From the NCBI GenBank assembly GCA_040218735.1, contig JAVJQW010000012.1, positions 320,001 to 384,000 of the forward strand: DNA of 64,000 nt. The letters are read 5' to 3'. The notes beneath the pieces were generated by a model that was not told the origin of the DNA, searched no databases, and saw only the letters and a list, made by a program, of their open reading frames with translations. Positions 36,493-47,981 of this stretch are shown piece by piece (the stretch's first letter is position 1; every line of letters begins with the position of its first letter). The translations under genes and the position numbers were made by a program. The DNA is from Deltaproteobacteria bacterium. Lineage in GTDB: Bacteria > Myxococcota > Kuafuiibacteriia > Kuafuiibacteriales > Kuafuiibacteriaceae.

Positions 36493-39198
36493 ATGCTGAC
36501 GAACCCGTCACGAAGCGCGACTTCGCTGCTCATCGCCGGACTGCTGATCGGCGCACCGGCCGCCGCGAGCGCCAACGCCTCCGGCTCGGTGGTGATCGAC
36601 CGGATCGAGACCCGCGACGCCGCGAAGGGGCGTGAGGTCGTCATCCACACGTCGAAGAAACCGACGTTCTCGGTCTTCCGCCTGTCGGAGCCGTTCCGCG
36701 TCCTGGTGGACGTGAACGACGCCCGCATGAAGGCCGGCGACGACCTGACCAAGGTCGACGATGGCGTCGTGCGCTACGTCTCGACGAACCAGTTCGCCGA
36801 CGAAGCGTCGGCGGTGCTGCGCGTCGAGATCGCGCTCGAGGAGCGGATGCCGTACGCGGTCCGCGCCGAGGGCAACACGATCGTCGTCGCGATCGACGCG
36901 CCCGACGCGAAGGCCACGCCGGAGCCGGCGGTGACCGCGCCGACCGGTGCGGAGCCGATCGAGCTCGGCAAGGTCGTGCGTCGGATCAAGCGCGGGCAGG
37001 CGGTGCTCTCGGCGAAGCTGAGCGGCACGCTGTCGCCCTCCGCGGTGCACATCGAGCAGCTCGAGTCGCCGCCGCGCATCGTGATCGACCTCGCCGGCGC
37101 GACGATCGAGCCGAAGTGGCAGCGCGTCCGGGTGCGCCGTCACGGCGTCAAGATCGCGCGCGTCGCGCAGAAGGAAGGCGCCGTTCGCTTCGTGCTCGAC
37201 GTGAAGCAGGACGCCCGCCTCCCCGTCGTCGACGTCGACGTAGTGAAGGGCCGCCTGCAGATCGGCATCCAGGCCGCGCCGAAGATCGCGCCGGCGCCGG
37301 TCGCGAAGGCCGCGCCCGCGCCCGCTCCGACGAAGGTCGCGGAGCCCGAGGTCGAGGCCCGGGTCGAGCGCACCGCCGAGGAGCCGATCGTCCTGACGAA
37401 CGCCGCCCCGAAGGCCGCGCCCGTCGCCGCGGCGCCCGCGCCGAAGAAGGCCGCGAAGCGTGCGCAGCACGTGTCGAACGTGAAGGACGTCCAGTTCGAG
37501 AAGAAGGACGGCTTCGTTCGCCTCACGATGATCCTCGACAACGACCAGGCCGCGCTCGCCAAGGACACGTCCGAGGGCAGCGTCCCGGTCGTTCGCCTCG
37601 TCGGCGCCTCGCTGCCCGGCAACCTCGAGCGCACGCTCGACGTGTCGCAGGTCGCGGAGGACGTCGTCGCGTCGATCTCTACGTACAACGAAAACGGCGA
37701 CACGATCGTCGCCGCGAACATCGTCCCGGGCACCGAGCACCGTCAGTGGCGCAAGGGCAACCGCGTGATGTGGGACTTCCGCAACCGCGTCGCGACCGCG
37801 AAAGCCGAGACGAAGGTCCTCCCGTACGGCGAGCAGGCGACGTCGGGCTACGCCGCGGCGAGCACCGCCGTGAACCTCGGCGCGAAGCTCGCGCCGGAGA
37901 AGCGCCGCTACACGGGTCGCCGCATCTCGCTCGACCTCAAGGACGCGGACATCCAGAACGTGCTCCGCCTCCTCGCGGACGTGTCGAAGCTGAACATCGT
38001 CGCGGCCGAGGACGTGAAGGGCAAGGTCACCATCAAGCTCCGCAACGTGCCGTGGGACCAGGCGCTCGACATCATCTTGCGCTCCAAGCAGCTCGACAAG
38101 ACGCGCAACGGGAACATCATCCGCGTCGCGCCGTCCGAGGTGCTGCGTCGTGAGGAGGAGCTCCGCATCGAGCGTGCGAAGGCGCGCGTCGAGCTCGAGC
38201 CCCTCTCCGTGCGCCTCATCCCGGTGAGCTACGCGGTCGCGGACGAGATCCAACCGCAGGTGTCGGCGCTGCTGACGAACCGCGGCAAGGTGAACATCGA
38301 CAAGCGCACGAACGTGCTGATCGTCGAGGACATCGCGGAGGTCCTGCTGAAGGTGGAGCGGCTCGTCCGCAACCTCGACACGCAGACGCCGCAGGTCCTC
38401 ATCGAGTCGCGCATCGTGCAGGCGCGTTCGAACTTCAGCCGGTCGCTGGGCATCCAGTGGGGTGGCTCGGTCAACCTGCAGCCGAACCGCGGCACGCAGA
38501 CCGGCCTCGCCTTCCCGAACTCGGTGCGCATCTCGGGTGCGGCGGACGACCTGCAGAACCAGGTCGAAACCGGCGTCAACAGCCCGGCGAACTACGCGAT
38601 CAACCTCCCCACCGCGATCGGTAACGGCATCGGTGGTGGTCTCGGCTTCGTGTTCGGCTCCGCCGGTGGCACCGCGCTCGTGACGCTGCGTCTGTCGGCG
38701 GCCGAGACGCAGGGCAAGGTGAAGATCATCTCGTCGCCGAAGATCGTCACGCTCGACAACAAGGAAGCGAAGATCCTCACGGGTGAGAAGGTTCCGATTA
38801 CGGTCGTCACCGCGAACGGTCCGACGACTCGATTCATCGACGCGAACCTCGAGCTGAAGGTCACGCCGCACGTCACGCAGGACGGCTCCGTCCTCCTGAA
38901 CGTCTCGGCCACGCGTAACCAGATCGGTGACCGCGTCGACAACCTCGGCGTCCCGGGCATCATCACCAACGAGGCGCAGACCGAGATGATCGTGCGCGAC
39001 GGCGACACCGCCGTCCTCGGCGGCATCTACCAGCGCCAGGCGCAGGAGAACAAAAGCTACGTCCCGTGGATCGGTCAGATCCCGGTGCTGGGCTGGTTCT
39101 TCAAGACCACGACGCGCACCGACGCGCGCGACGAGCTGCTGATCTTCATCTCGCCGCGCATCGTCAACCGCTCGTCGGCGCTGCTCGACGCGGGTTGA
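36493..39198 (+). CDS. pilQ: Type IV pilus secretin PilQ with AMIN domains
   Basis: YTGRRISLDLKDADI, VPWDQALD, QVLIESRIV, IPVLGWFFK. Start uncertain (36442/36460/36493); a GAGGAG RBS precedes 36493. Confidence 0.96.
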   Translation: MLTNPSRSATSLLIAGLLIGAPAAASANASGSVVIDRIETRDAAKGREVVIHTSKKPTFSVFRLSEPFRVLVDVNDARMKAGDDLTKVDDGVVRYVSTNQFADEASAVLRVEIALEERMPYAVRAEGNTIVVAIDAPDAKATPEPAVTAPTGAEPIELGKVVRRIKRGQAVLSAKLSGTLSPSAVHIEQLESPPRIVIDLAGATIEPKWQRVRVRRHGVKIARVAQKEGAVRFVLDVKQDARLPVVDVDVVKGRLQIGIQAAPKIAPAPVAKAAPAPAPTKVAEPEVEARVERTAEEPIVLTNAAPKAAPVAAAPAPKKAAKRAQHVSNVKDVQFEKKDGFVRLTMILDNDQAALAKDTSEGSVPVVRLVGASLPGNLERTLDVSQVAEDVVASISTYNENGDTIVAANIVPGTEHRQWRKGNRVMWDFRNRVATAKAETKVLPYGEQATSGYAAASTAVNLGAKLAPEKRRYTGRRISLDLKDADIQNVLRLLADVSKLNIVAAEDVKGKVTIKLRNVPWDQALDIILRSKQLDKTRNGNIIRVAPSEVLRREEELRIERAKARVELEPLSVRLIPVSYAVADEIQPQVSALLTNRGKVNIDKRTNVLIVEDIAEVLLKVERLVRNLDTQTPQVLIESRIVQARSNFSRSLGIQWGGSVNLQPNRGTQTGLAFPNSVRISGAADDLQNQVETGVNSPANYAINLPTAIGNGIGGGLGFVFGSAGGTALVTLRLSAAETQGKVKIISSPKIVTLDNKEAKILTGEKVPITVVTANGPTTRFIDANLELKVTPHVTQDGSVLLNVSATRNQIGDRVDNLGVPGIITNEAQTEMIVRDGDTAVLGGIYQRQAQENKSYVPWIGQIPVLGWFFKTTTRTDARDELLIFISPRIVNRSSALLDAG

Positions 39199-39211
39199 TG
39201 GACGGGCAGAC

Positions 39212-40747
39212 GTGATCGTCGTCGGCGGGCCACCCGGCGTGGGTAAGACCACGGTGGCTCGCCACGCGGCGCTTCGTTGGGGAAGCGTCGCCATCGACCT
39301 GGACACCCAACTCGAGGAACGACTGGGACGAACCGTGGCGACCCTGATTCGAGAGAGCGGCGAAGACGCCTTCCGCGACGCCGAGCGTGATGCGCTCGGT
39401 TCCGTGGACCCGTCTCGGGCCGCGGTCCTCGCCCTCGGCGGCGGGACCCTCGTGCGACCGGAGTCGGCGCGCGCCGCGCGCAGGCTCGGGCCCGTGGTCG
39501 GGCTCGTCGCGTCGCCCGAAGTCCTCGACCGCCGCGTGTCTGCGGACGCCACGGACCGCCCGCTGCAGCGCCCCTCGTCCGAGCTCCTCGACAAACGCCG
39601 CGAAGCGTACGCGTCGGTCGACTTCGACGTCGCCGCAGAGGACGACGCCGACGTCGTCGCCGCGAACGTCGAAGCTCGGACGAAGGACACGGTCACGCTC
39701 GAGTGCCCGGTCGGCGACGTGCAGACGCGCGTCATCGTCGGACGGAACCTGATCGACGCCGTGCGCGGCGCCGTCGCGGTGCAACGCCCCACCCGCCCGG
39801 TCGTCGTGGTCCTCGATGCAAAGGTCCCCGCCGCGCGGCGCTCCGCGATCGTCGCGGGGATCGAGGCGCTCTACCCGGTCGTGACGATCGAGGTCGAAGG
39901 CGGCGAAGCCGTGAAGACCTGGTCGGTGCTCGAAGACGTCACGGAGCGCGCCCTCGCGGCGGGCGCCGGTCGTCAGAGTGTCGTCGTCGGCGTCGGGGGT
40001 GGCGCGACCACCGATCTCGCGGGCTTGGTCGCGAGCATGCTCGGTCGCGGCGCAGCGCTCGTGTTGGTGCCGACCACCGTGCTCTCGCAGGTCGACGCCG
40101 CCGTCGGCGGCAAGTGCGCGATCAACAGCCGCTCGGGTCGCAACCTGATCGGCGCCTTCCACGCCGCGCAAGACGTGGTCGTCGACCTCGACGCCCTCCC
40201 CTCCCTCGACCCCGCCGAGATGCGGAACGGGCTGGCGGAGATGTTGAAGATGGGGATCCTCGCGGACGCTTCGCTCTTCGACCGCATCGTCGAGGCGGGC
40301 GCGCCGGACGTCGCGTCCATCGCGCGGTCGATCGAGCTCAAGGCGCAGATCGTCGCGTCCGATCCGTACGAGCGCGGCGCGCGCAAGACGCTGAACCTCG
40401 GCCACACCCTCGCACACGCGCTCGAGACCGCGTCCGACCACACCCTGCGCCACGGTGAGGCCGTGGCCATCGGCCTGTGCGCCGCAGCGCGTTATAGCGC
40501 GGCGCTCGGCCTCGCCCACCCCGACGTCGTGGCCCGGATCGAGGCCGGAATCGCGCGCGTCGGGCTCCCGACCCACAGCCCGGAAGGGCTGGACGACCGG
40601 GCCGCAGCCGCGCTCGGCCACGACAAGAAGAGCGGCAGCACCCAAATCGATTTCGTCGCGATCCGTACGCTGGAGGAGGTGCAACTCGTTGCGCTATCCT
40701 TGGAGGAGGTACGACGCGAGTTGATCCGACACGGAGGACGTTCATGA
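39212..40747 (+). CDS. aroB: Fused shikimate kinase / 3-dehydroquinate synthase (AroK-AroB)
   Basis: AroK part GPPGVGKT, FRDAE, LGGG; AroB part GGEAVK, GGGATTDLAG, VDAAVGGK, LNLGHT, LRHGEAV. Confidence 0.9.
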   Translation: MIVVGGPPGVGKTTVARHAALRWGSVAIDLDTQLEERLGRTVATLIRESGEDAFRDAERDALGSVDPSRAAVLALGGGTLVRPESARAARRLGPVVGLVASPEVLDRRVSADATDRPLQRPSSELLDKRREAYASVDFDVAAEDDADVVAANVEARTKDTVTLECPVGDVQTRVIVGRNLIDAVRGAVAVQRPTRPVVVVLDAKVPAARRSAIVAGIEALYPVVTIEVEGGEAVKTWSVLEDVTERALAAGAGRQSVVVGVGGGATTDLAGLVASMLGRGAALVLVPTTVLSQVDAAVGGKCAINSRSGRNLIGAFHAAQDVVVDLDALPSLDPAEMRNGLAEMLKMGILADASLFDRIVEAGAPDVASIARSIELKAQIVASDPYERGARKTLNLGHTLAHALETASDHTLRHGEAVAIGLCAAARYSAALGLAHPDVVARIEAGIARVGLPTHSPEGLDDRAAAALGHDKKSGSTQIDFVAIRTLEEVQLVALSLEEVRRELIRHGGRS

Positions 40748-41688
40748 GATACCTAACCGCACTGACGATCGCCGGCGGGCTCGCGATGGCGGCGTGCAAT
40801 AACGCCGAATACGCGTACGTACCGCTCTACGTTCCGACCCCCGACTTCGACGAAGAGGCTGGGTCCTGCATGTTCAACGCGATGGGCGATCCCGCGATCG
40901 ATATCACGATGGACGTTCAGTACGCCCGGATCCTCGACATGGTGACCATCGTCGAGAACCGCCTCGACCCGATCGAGGTCACGCTCGGCGGACAGAACCA
41001 GGGCGAGAACATCAAGATCCCGCGCAGCATCCAGCCGCTGCGGTTCGACTTCCAGTGGGAGTGCGAGAGCACGGGCTTCCAGGGAGGCGTCGGGCCGATC
41101 GTCTTGCCGGCGTTCTCGATCGACAAGCCGTTCTGTCTCGACAAGCGCGAGAACGTCACCGGCGACATCGGTGGCGTCGATGTCGTGCCCGCCTCCGGCG
41201 AGCCGGTGGGCCCGGGCGACCGCGGCTTCGTGAGCTTCACGCCGGTCCCGGCGCAGCTCGGCCAGGCGTTCTTCGACTTCTTCGAGGTCGCGCGCCTGTC
41301 GCAGAAGTGCTGCGACGAGGTCGGCGGCGACTGCGCGGACGTCGGCACCGGCAGCGGCGCGGATTGCACCGCGCTGCAGGATGCGTTCGACGCCCTCGCC
41401 GGCCCGCAGCGCCTGTCGGCGAAGCAGCCGGCCGACGTGCAGCGGTTCCGCGGCTTCTCGACGTACGTGCAGTCCGGCGCGCGCTACCCGGTGCGCATCT
41501 CGGGCTTCATCGAGGGTCTGCTCCCGACGGGCGACCTCATCGTGTCGAGCCGGTTCAACCGCGAGGTCGACCTGTGCTCGGGTGGCATCCCCGTGCAGAC
41601 GGGCATGGGCACCGCGGCGACGAGCTGCGCGGACGGTGGCCCGGCCACGATCTGCCTGTCGCGGGCGTTCCAGCCGCCGAGCTTCTAG
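40744..41688 (+). CDS. Cys-rich lipoprotein (hypothetical)
   Basis: Lipobox MAAC; multiple Cys residues; ATGA-coupled to aroKB. Confidence 0.75.
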   Translation: MRYLTALTIAGGLAMAACNNAEYAYVPLYVPTPDFDEEAGSCMFNAMGDPAIDITMDVQYARILDMVTIVENRLDPIEVTLGGQNQGENIKIPRSIQPLRFDFQWECESTGFQGGVGPIVLPAFSIDKPFCLDKRENVTGDIGGVDVVPASGEPVGPGDRGFVSFTPVPAQLGQAFFDFFEVARLSQKCCDEVGGDCADVGTGSGADCTALQDAFDALAGPQRLSAKQPADVQRFRGFSTYVQSGARYPVRISGFIEGLLPTGDLIVSSRFNREVDLCSGGIPVQTGMGTAATSCADGGPATICLSRAFQPPSF

Positions 41689-41689
41689 G

Positions 41690-42067
41690 ATGATCGACGA
41701 GATTCGCGGGCCCCTGGAGAAGATCCACCAGGGCGTCGATGGCGCCCTGGCGATCACACTCATGGGGATGGACGGCCTCCCGGTCGACACCCTGCATCCG
41801 ACGGCGTCGGACCACGAGGATTTGGACGTCTCCTCGTTGGTGGTCGAGTACTCGACGCTGTTGAATCAGGTGAAGAGCAGCGCGCAGATGTTCGCTGCGG
41901 GGGGCCTCGAGGAGCTCGCGATCTCGTCCGAGCACCTGACGATGATCATTCGTCCGGTGACCGACGAGTACTTCCTCGCGCTGGCGCTCACGCCGGGCGC
42001 GAACTTCGGCAAAGGACGTTACCTCCTCCGCGTCCTCGCGCCGACGCTCGCTGGCGCCCTCTCCTGA
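41690..42067 (+). CDS. mglC: Roadblock/LC7 domain protein, MglC-like
   Basis: GVDGALAITLMGMDGLPV...NFGKGRYLLR; position between pilQ and efp matches M. xanthus mglC. Confidence 0.8.
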   Translation: MIDEIRGPLEKIHQGVDGALAITLMGMDGLPVDTLHPTASDHEDLDVSSLVVEYSTLLNQVKSSAQMFAAGGLEELAISSEHLTMIIRPVTDEYFLALALTPGANFGKGRYLLRVLAPTLAGALS

Positions 42068-42087
42068 CCCGTACGTGAGGTAGCGTG

Positions 42088-42552
42088 ATGGGTCGCGTCG
42101 CCGTCCTCCACGGACCCAACCTCAACCTCCTCGGAACCCGCGAACCCGACATCTACGGGACGCAGACGCTCGACGACCTCAACGCCCAGATCGCCGCGCT
42201 CGCAGACGAGCTCGGCCTCACGGTGACGTTCGCGCAGAGCAACCACGAGGGTGTGTTGGTGGACCTGATCCAGGCCGCGGCCGACAGCGCAGACGCCGTG
42301 ATCCTCAACGCGGGCGGCTACACCCATACGTCCGTGGCGATCCGCGACGCCATCGCAGCGGTCGCGCATCGAATCCGCGTGATCGAGGTGCACCTGTCGA
42401 ACACCGCCGCGCGCGAGCCTTTCCGGGAGAAAAGCCTGATCGCGGGCGTCGTGACGGGGCGCGTCGAAGGGTTCGGCGCGATGTCATATCTTCTTGCGCT
42501 TCGGGCGGCTTCGACGCTAATCGGCCCTCGTGGCGACGCTCGAGACCAGTGA
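42088..42552 (+). CDS. aroQ: Type II 3-dehydroquinate dehydratase
   Basis: HGPNLNLLGTREPDIYG, QSNHEG, THTSVAIRDA, EVHLSN. Confidence 0.96.
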   Translation: MGRVAVLHGPNLNLLGTREPDIYGTQTLDDLNAQIAALADELGLTVTFAQSNHEGVLVDLIQAAADSADAVILNAGGYTHTSVAIRDAIAAVAHRIRVIEVHLSNTAAREPFREKSLIAGVVTGRVEGFGAMSYLLALRAASTLIGPRGDARDQ

Positions 42553-43102
42553 TTTCAAGAAAGGCGTGAAGATCATCCACAACGGCGTGCCGTTCGTGAT
42601 CGTGGATTTTCAGCACGTCAAGCCCGGCAAGGGGAACCAGTTCACCCGCACCAAGATCAAGAACATCCAGACGGGTGCGGTGCTGGACGTGACCTACAAG
42701 TCCGGCGAGCGGGTGGAGGACCCGGAGGTCGAGGATCGCTCGATGTCGTTCCTCTACAACGACGGGGACACCTACCACTTCATGGATCAGAAGACGTACG
42801 ACCAGGTGGAGATCACCGGCGAGTTCCTCGGAGACGCGGTGAACTACCTGCTCCCCGAGATGAGCTGCGACGTCGTGTTCTGGAAGGCGCGCCCGCTGAC
42901 CGTGCAGATCCCCCAGCACGTGGAGCTGAAGGTCGCGCACTGCGAGCCCGGCGTCCGCGGCGACACGGCGACCAACGTGACCAAGCCCGCCACCATGGAG
43001 ACGGGTCTTTCGGTCAACGTCCCCCTCTTCATCAACGTCGGTGACACGCTGAAGATCGACACCTCGAGCGGTTCCTACCTCGAGCGTACCGGTCGCGCGT
43101 AA
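42530..43102 (+). CDS. efp: Elongation factor P
   Basis: HVKPGKG, PGVRGDTA, KPATMETG. Confidence 0.97.
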   Translation: MATLETSDFKKGVKIIHNGVPFVIVDFQHVKPGKGNQFTRTKIKNIQTGAVLDVTYKSGERVEDPEVEDRSMSFLYNDGDTYHFMDQKTYDQVEITGEFLGDAVNYLLPEMSCDVVFWKARPLTVQIPQHVELKVAHCEPGVRGDTATNVTKPATMETGLSVNVPLFINVGDTLKIDTSSGSYLERTGRA

Positions 43103-43121
43103 ATCGAGAGGCACCCTACTC

Positions 43122-43645
<524 letters not shown>

Positions 43646-43649
<4 letters not shown>

Positions 43650-45013
43650 CGGCTCCAGTCGAACCCAAGCTGTTCGAGAAGATCCTCGTGGCCAACCGCG
43701 GGGAGATCGCTCTGCGTGTCATCCGCGCGGCGCGTGAGCTCGACATTCGTACCGTCGCCGTCCACTCCGAGGCGGACGCCGAATCGCTGCACGTGAAGTT
43801 CGCGGACGAGTCGGTGTGCATCGGCCCGCCGAGCCCGACCGCGAGTTACCTCCACGTCCCCGCGATCATCTCGGCGGCGGAGGTCACCGCGGCCGACGCG
43901 ATCCACCCGGGTTACGGGTTCCTGTCGGAGAACGCCGCGTTCGCCGACACGTGCGACGCGTGCGGGTTCACGTTCATCGGCCCGCCGGCTTCGGCGATCC
44001 GAACCATGGGCGACAAGATCGAGGCGCGCCGCACGATGGCGAGCGTCGGTCTGTACTCCCTTCCGGGTTCGGAGGGGCCGCTCGAGACGGAGGCCGCCGC
44101 GCTCGCGCTCGCGAACGACATCGGCTTCCCGCTGATCATCAAGGCCGCCGCGGGCGGCGGTGGTCGCGGGATGAAGATCGTCCGCAAGAAGCAGGACCTC
44201 GCCAAGCAGCTGTCCATGGCGCGGCGCGAAGCGGAGGCGGCATTCGGCAACGGCGCGGTCTACATCGAGCGTTACATCGAGAAGCCGCGCCACATCGAGT
44301 TCCAGGTCGTCGCCGACCAGCATGGCAACGTCGTGCACCTCGGCGAGCGTGAGTGCTCGGTGCAGCGGCGCTACCAGAAGCTGATCGAGGAGGCGCCCTC
44401 CCCTGCGATGACCGACGAAAAGCGCGCCGAGATCGGCACGAAGATCGTCAAGGCGCTGAAGAAGCTCGGGTACAGCAACGTCGGGACGATCGAGTTCCTC
44501 ATGGACGAGGGCGGCGAGCTCTACTTCATGGAGATGAACACGCGCATCCAGGTCGAGCACCCCGTGACCGAGATGATGGTGCGGATGGACCTGGTGCGGC
44601 TGCAGATCCTCCTGTCGGCCGGCTTCCCGCTGCGCTTCAAGCAGAAGGACATCAAGTTCGCGGGGCACGCGATCGAGTGCCGCATCAACGCGGAGGACTC
44701 GCGGACGTTCGCGCCGTCGCCCGGGACGATCAACACGTACCACGTGCCCGGCGGCGCCGGCGTGCGCGTCGACTCACACATCGCGAGCGGCAGCGTGGTG
44801 ACGCCCTACTACGACTCGCTCCTCGCCAAGCTGATCGTGCACGACTACGACCGGACCCACGCGATCCGGCGAATGAAGACCGCCCTGAAGGAGTTCGTCA
44901 TCGAAGGGATCGAGACGAACGTGGACTTCCACAAGGAGCTCCTCGAGCACGAGGGCTTCAAGAAGGGCGAGTACGACACGACGATCGTGGGCAAGATGCT
45001 CGCGAACCGATGA
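43646..45013 (+). CDS. accC: Acetyl-CoA carboxylase biotin carboxylase
   Basis: ANRGEIA, HPGYGFLSEN, GGGGRGM, EMNTRIQVEHPVTE. Confidence 0.97.
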
Positions 45014-46170
45014 TCACCGTCGCGCACGTCATCACCCGGCTCGAGCTGGGGGGCGCGCAAGAGAACACCCTCTACACCTGTGAGCACCTCGACCGGCGTC
45101 GCTTCCGGGTGGCGCTCTTGTACGGCCCGGGCGGCATCCTCGACGAGGACGCGCGCTCGATGCCGGACACACGGATCGTCGAGATCGATGGCCTCGAGCG
45201 GGCCGTGAACCCACGCGCCGACGCGGACGCGATGATGGCGTTGTCGGATCACCTGCGGGCGCTGCACCTCGAACACCAGCGGCTCGGTCACCCCGCGCGC
45301 CAGTTCATCGTGCACACGCACAGCTCCAAGGCGGGTGTGCTCGGGCGCATGGCGGCGAAGGCGGCCGGGGCGCCGAAGATCGTGCACTCGATCCACGGGT
45401 TCGGATTCCACGAGGGGCAGTCGCGGCTGAAGTTCAACGTGTTCGTGGGGGCGGAGCGGCTCGCAGCGAAGATCACCGACGCGTTCATCGGCGTGTCGCG
45501 GGCGAACCTCGCGGAGGCGCGCGCGCGCGGGATCATCAAGGACCGGCACGACGTGTCATTGGTGCGCTCCGGGATGAAGCTCGACGCGTTCACGCGGGCG
45601 GAGGCGGAGCGCCGACCGACGCGCGCGGCGCTCGGACTCGAGCCCGAGGACGAAGTGTTGCTGTGCATCGGCAACTTCAAACCGCAGAAGGACCCGCTCA
45701 CGCTGGTCGCGGCGATGGGTGTGCTGAAGGCGAAGCGCCCGCGCGCGGTGCTGCTCTTCGCGGGGGACGGCGGGCTACGGGCGGACGTGGAGCAGGCGAT
45801 CCGTCTGCACGGGGTCGAGGACCGCGTGCGGCTCCTCGGGTGGCGGCGCGACATCCCGCAGCTGCTGGCCGCGAGCGACGTGGTGGTGTTGTCTTCGATC
45901 TTCGAGGGGCTCCCGCGCTCCGCGGTGCAGGCCGTGGCGGCGCGCCGACCGTTCGTCGGGACCCGCGTGGACGGGACGCCGGAGATCATCCGCGACGGCA
46001 AGAACGGCTACCTCGTCGAGCCGCGCGATCCGGACGCGCTCGCGCAGGCGATGGCGAAGGCGCTGATGGTGCGGCCGATCGACCCCGAGGACGTCGAGCG
46101 CCTCCGCGCTTGGGACGCCGACGAGATGGTCCGTCAGCAAGAGGTCATCTACGAGCGCCTCGTGCGCTGA
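45010..46170 (+). CDS. GT4 family glycosyltransferase
   Basis: ITRLELGGAQ, VHTHSSKAG, KPQK, EGLPRSAVQA; ATGA-coupled to accC. Confidence 0.9.
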   Translation: MITVAHVITRLELGGAQENTLYTCEHLDRRRFRVALLYGPGGILDEDARSMPDTRIVEIDGLERAVNPRADADAMMALSDHLRALHLEHQRLGHPARQFIVHTHSSKAGVLGRMAAKAAGAPKIVHSIHGFGFHEGQSRLKFNVFVGAERLAAKITDAFIGVSRANLAEARARGIIKDRHDVSLVRSGMKLDAFTRAEAERRPTRAALGLEPEDEVLLCIGNFKPQKDPLTLVAAMGVLKAKRPRAVLLFAGDGGLRADVEQAIRLHGVEDRVRLLGWRRDIPQLLAASDVVVLSSIFEGLPRSAVQAVAARRPFVGTRVDGTPEIIRDGKNGYLVEPRDPDALAQAMAKALMVRPIDPEDVERLRAWDADEMVRQQEVIYERLVR

Positions 46171-46215
46171 CGCGCCCCTTCTCTTGCGGGGTACACGCGC
46201 CTCGGGCAGCCTGGC

Positions 46216-47952
46216 GTGGGGTTCATGCACCGGGTCTACGTCATGGGGTTCGCCGAGGAGGCGCGCTGGTTCGAGGTGGCGGACGAAGCCGTCGTGGGCC
46301 GGTCCGCCGACTGCGACGTCCACCTGAGTGACCAGCGCCTGAGCCGGCGGCACGCCAAGTTGATCGTCGACGGCGAAAGGCTCTGCATCGAAGACCTCGG
46401 CGGCGCGAACGGGACGTTCATCAACGGCCAACGGCTCGTCGAACGGGCCACGCTCCAAGACGGCGACATCGTCGAGCTCGGCAAGAGCAAACTCCGGGTC
46501 GGCGCCGAGGGTCGGTCGGCCGCCGCCGTCGAGGGCCCGGCGCCGGACTTCATCAAACCGGTGATGCACGCCCTGCCCCCCGACCTCGGCGACCCGGTGG
46601 CGCGCGGCTACTTCGAGTCGCTCGGCGTCGGCGACCCGACGATCCTCGAGACGCAAGCCAACTTGCAGGCCACGCTCGCGAAGACGCGCAACTTCGTCAT
46701 CCTCCACGAGGTCAGCAAACGCATCCAGCGCGAGCTCGACGCCCGTCGGATGCTGGAGTCGGTCATGGACGTCATCCTGGAGGTGACGAAGGCCGAGCGC
46801 GGGTTCGTCGTGCTCTTCGACGACGAGGGCGGCGAGCGTGTGGAGGTGGAGCGGCACCGCGTCCAGCGCTCCGGCACCACGCAGCAGGGGCCGCGCCTCA
46901 GCCAAACCGTGCTGCGTCACGTGATCGACGAGCGCTCGGTGGTGATCTGCGGAGACTCCACGGCCGACGAACGCTTCGCGCAGTCGGAGTCCTTGTTCCT
47001 GAGTGACACCCGCTCGTTGATGGCCGCGCCGATCCTCGTCCCGAACCGAGTGCTCGGGCTCATCGAGCTCGAGAGCTCCCACCTCGCGACGCGCTTCACG
47101 GAGAACGACGCGGACCTCCTCTCCGTCACGGCGTCGACGGTCGGTGTCGCGCTCCACAACCTTCGCCTCGCCGACGCGCGCGAGGCCACCATCCGCGCGC
47201 TCGAACGCGCGCAGGAGGAGCTGCTCGCGACGCAGAGCCGCCTCGTTCGCTCCGAGCAGATGGCGGCGATCGGACGGCTCGCGACGGGCATCGCGCACGA
47301 GGTGAAGAACCACCTGAGCCCCTTCATGCTCGCGGAGATGATCGCGAAGAAGTACCCGGAGGACGGTCAGATTCAGATGGCCTCCGAGATGATGCTCGAA
47401 GCGCAGCAGCACATCCTCGACCTCGTGCAGGAGATCCGAACCTTTGTCTCCGGCTCTCCGAAGGAGGTCGTGCGCGAGCCCGCCGATCTCGCGCAGGTCG
47501 TGGAGGGTGTCGTGCGCTTCATGAAGTGCGACGCCGTCGTGAAGCGGACGGAGGTCGTGGTGCAGATCGAGTCGCGCCCGGTGATCATGCTCGACCCCAA
47601 GGGCCTGCGGCAGGTGCTGATCAACCTCATCAAGAACGCCGCCGACGCCCTCGAGGGCTCCGGCGGCAAGATCGAGGTCGGCGTCGCCGAACGCGGCGAC
47701 CGGGCGCTCCTCGTGGTCCGCGACAACGGGCGCGGGATGCCGCCCGACGTCCAGGCGAAGGTGTTCGAGCCATTCTTCACCACCAAGGGCGAGCGTGGGC
47801 TGGGCCTCGGTCTCGACATCTCGAAGAAGATCGTCGAGGCGCACGGAGGCACGATGACGCTCACCTCCGAGGTCGGTGCGGGGACGACGTTCCGCATCGA
47901 GCTGCCGCTCGACGACGAAGAGCACACCGACGCGCCCACGGCTACATCGTAG
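46216..47952 (+). CDS. FHA-GAF sensor histidine kinase
   Basis: FHA (VGR, SRRHA, NGT); GAF (RSLMAAPI); AHEVKN, NLIKNA, DNGRG, GLGLGL. Confidence 0.9.
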   Translation: MGFMHRVYVMGFAEEARWFEVADEAVVGRSADCDVHLSDQRLSRRHAKLIVDGERLCIEDLGGANGTFINGQRLVERATLQDGDIVELGKSKLRVGAEGRSAAAVEGPAPDFIKPVMHALPPDLGDPVARGYFESLGVGDPTILETQANLQATLAKTRNFVILHEVSKRIQRELDARRMLESVMDVILEVTKAERGFVVLFDDEGGERVEVERHRVQRSGTTQQGPRLSQTVLRHVIDERSVVICGDSTADERFAQSESLFLSDTRSLMAAPILVPNRVLGLIELESSHLATRFTENDADLLSVTASTVGVALHNLRLADAREATIRALERAQEELLATQSRLVRSEQMAAIGRLATGIAHEVKNHLSPFMLAEMIAKKYPEDGQIQMASEMMLEAQQHILDLVQEIRTFVSGSPKEVVREPADLAQVVEGVVRFMKCDAVVKRTEVVVQIESRPVIMLDPKGLRQVLINLIKNAADALEGSGGKIEVGVAERGDRALLVVRDNGRGMPPDVQAKVFEPFFTTKGERGLGLGLDISKKIVEAHGGTMTLTSEVGAGTTFRIELPLDDEEHTDAPTATS

Positions 47953-47981
47953 GAACCCCGAGGGTCTGCGACACTAGGGGC

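Noticed and set aside
36508-39792. 1094-aa - strand ORF
   Set aside because: Antisense shadow of pilQ, caused by the scarcity of stop codons at high GC
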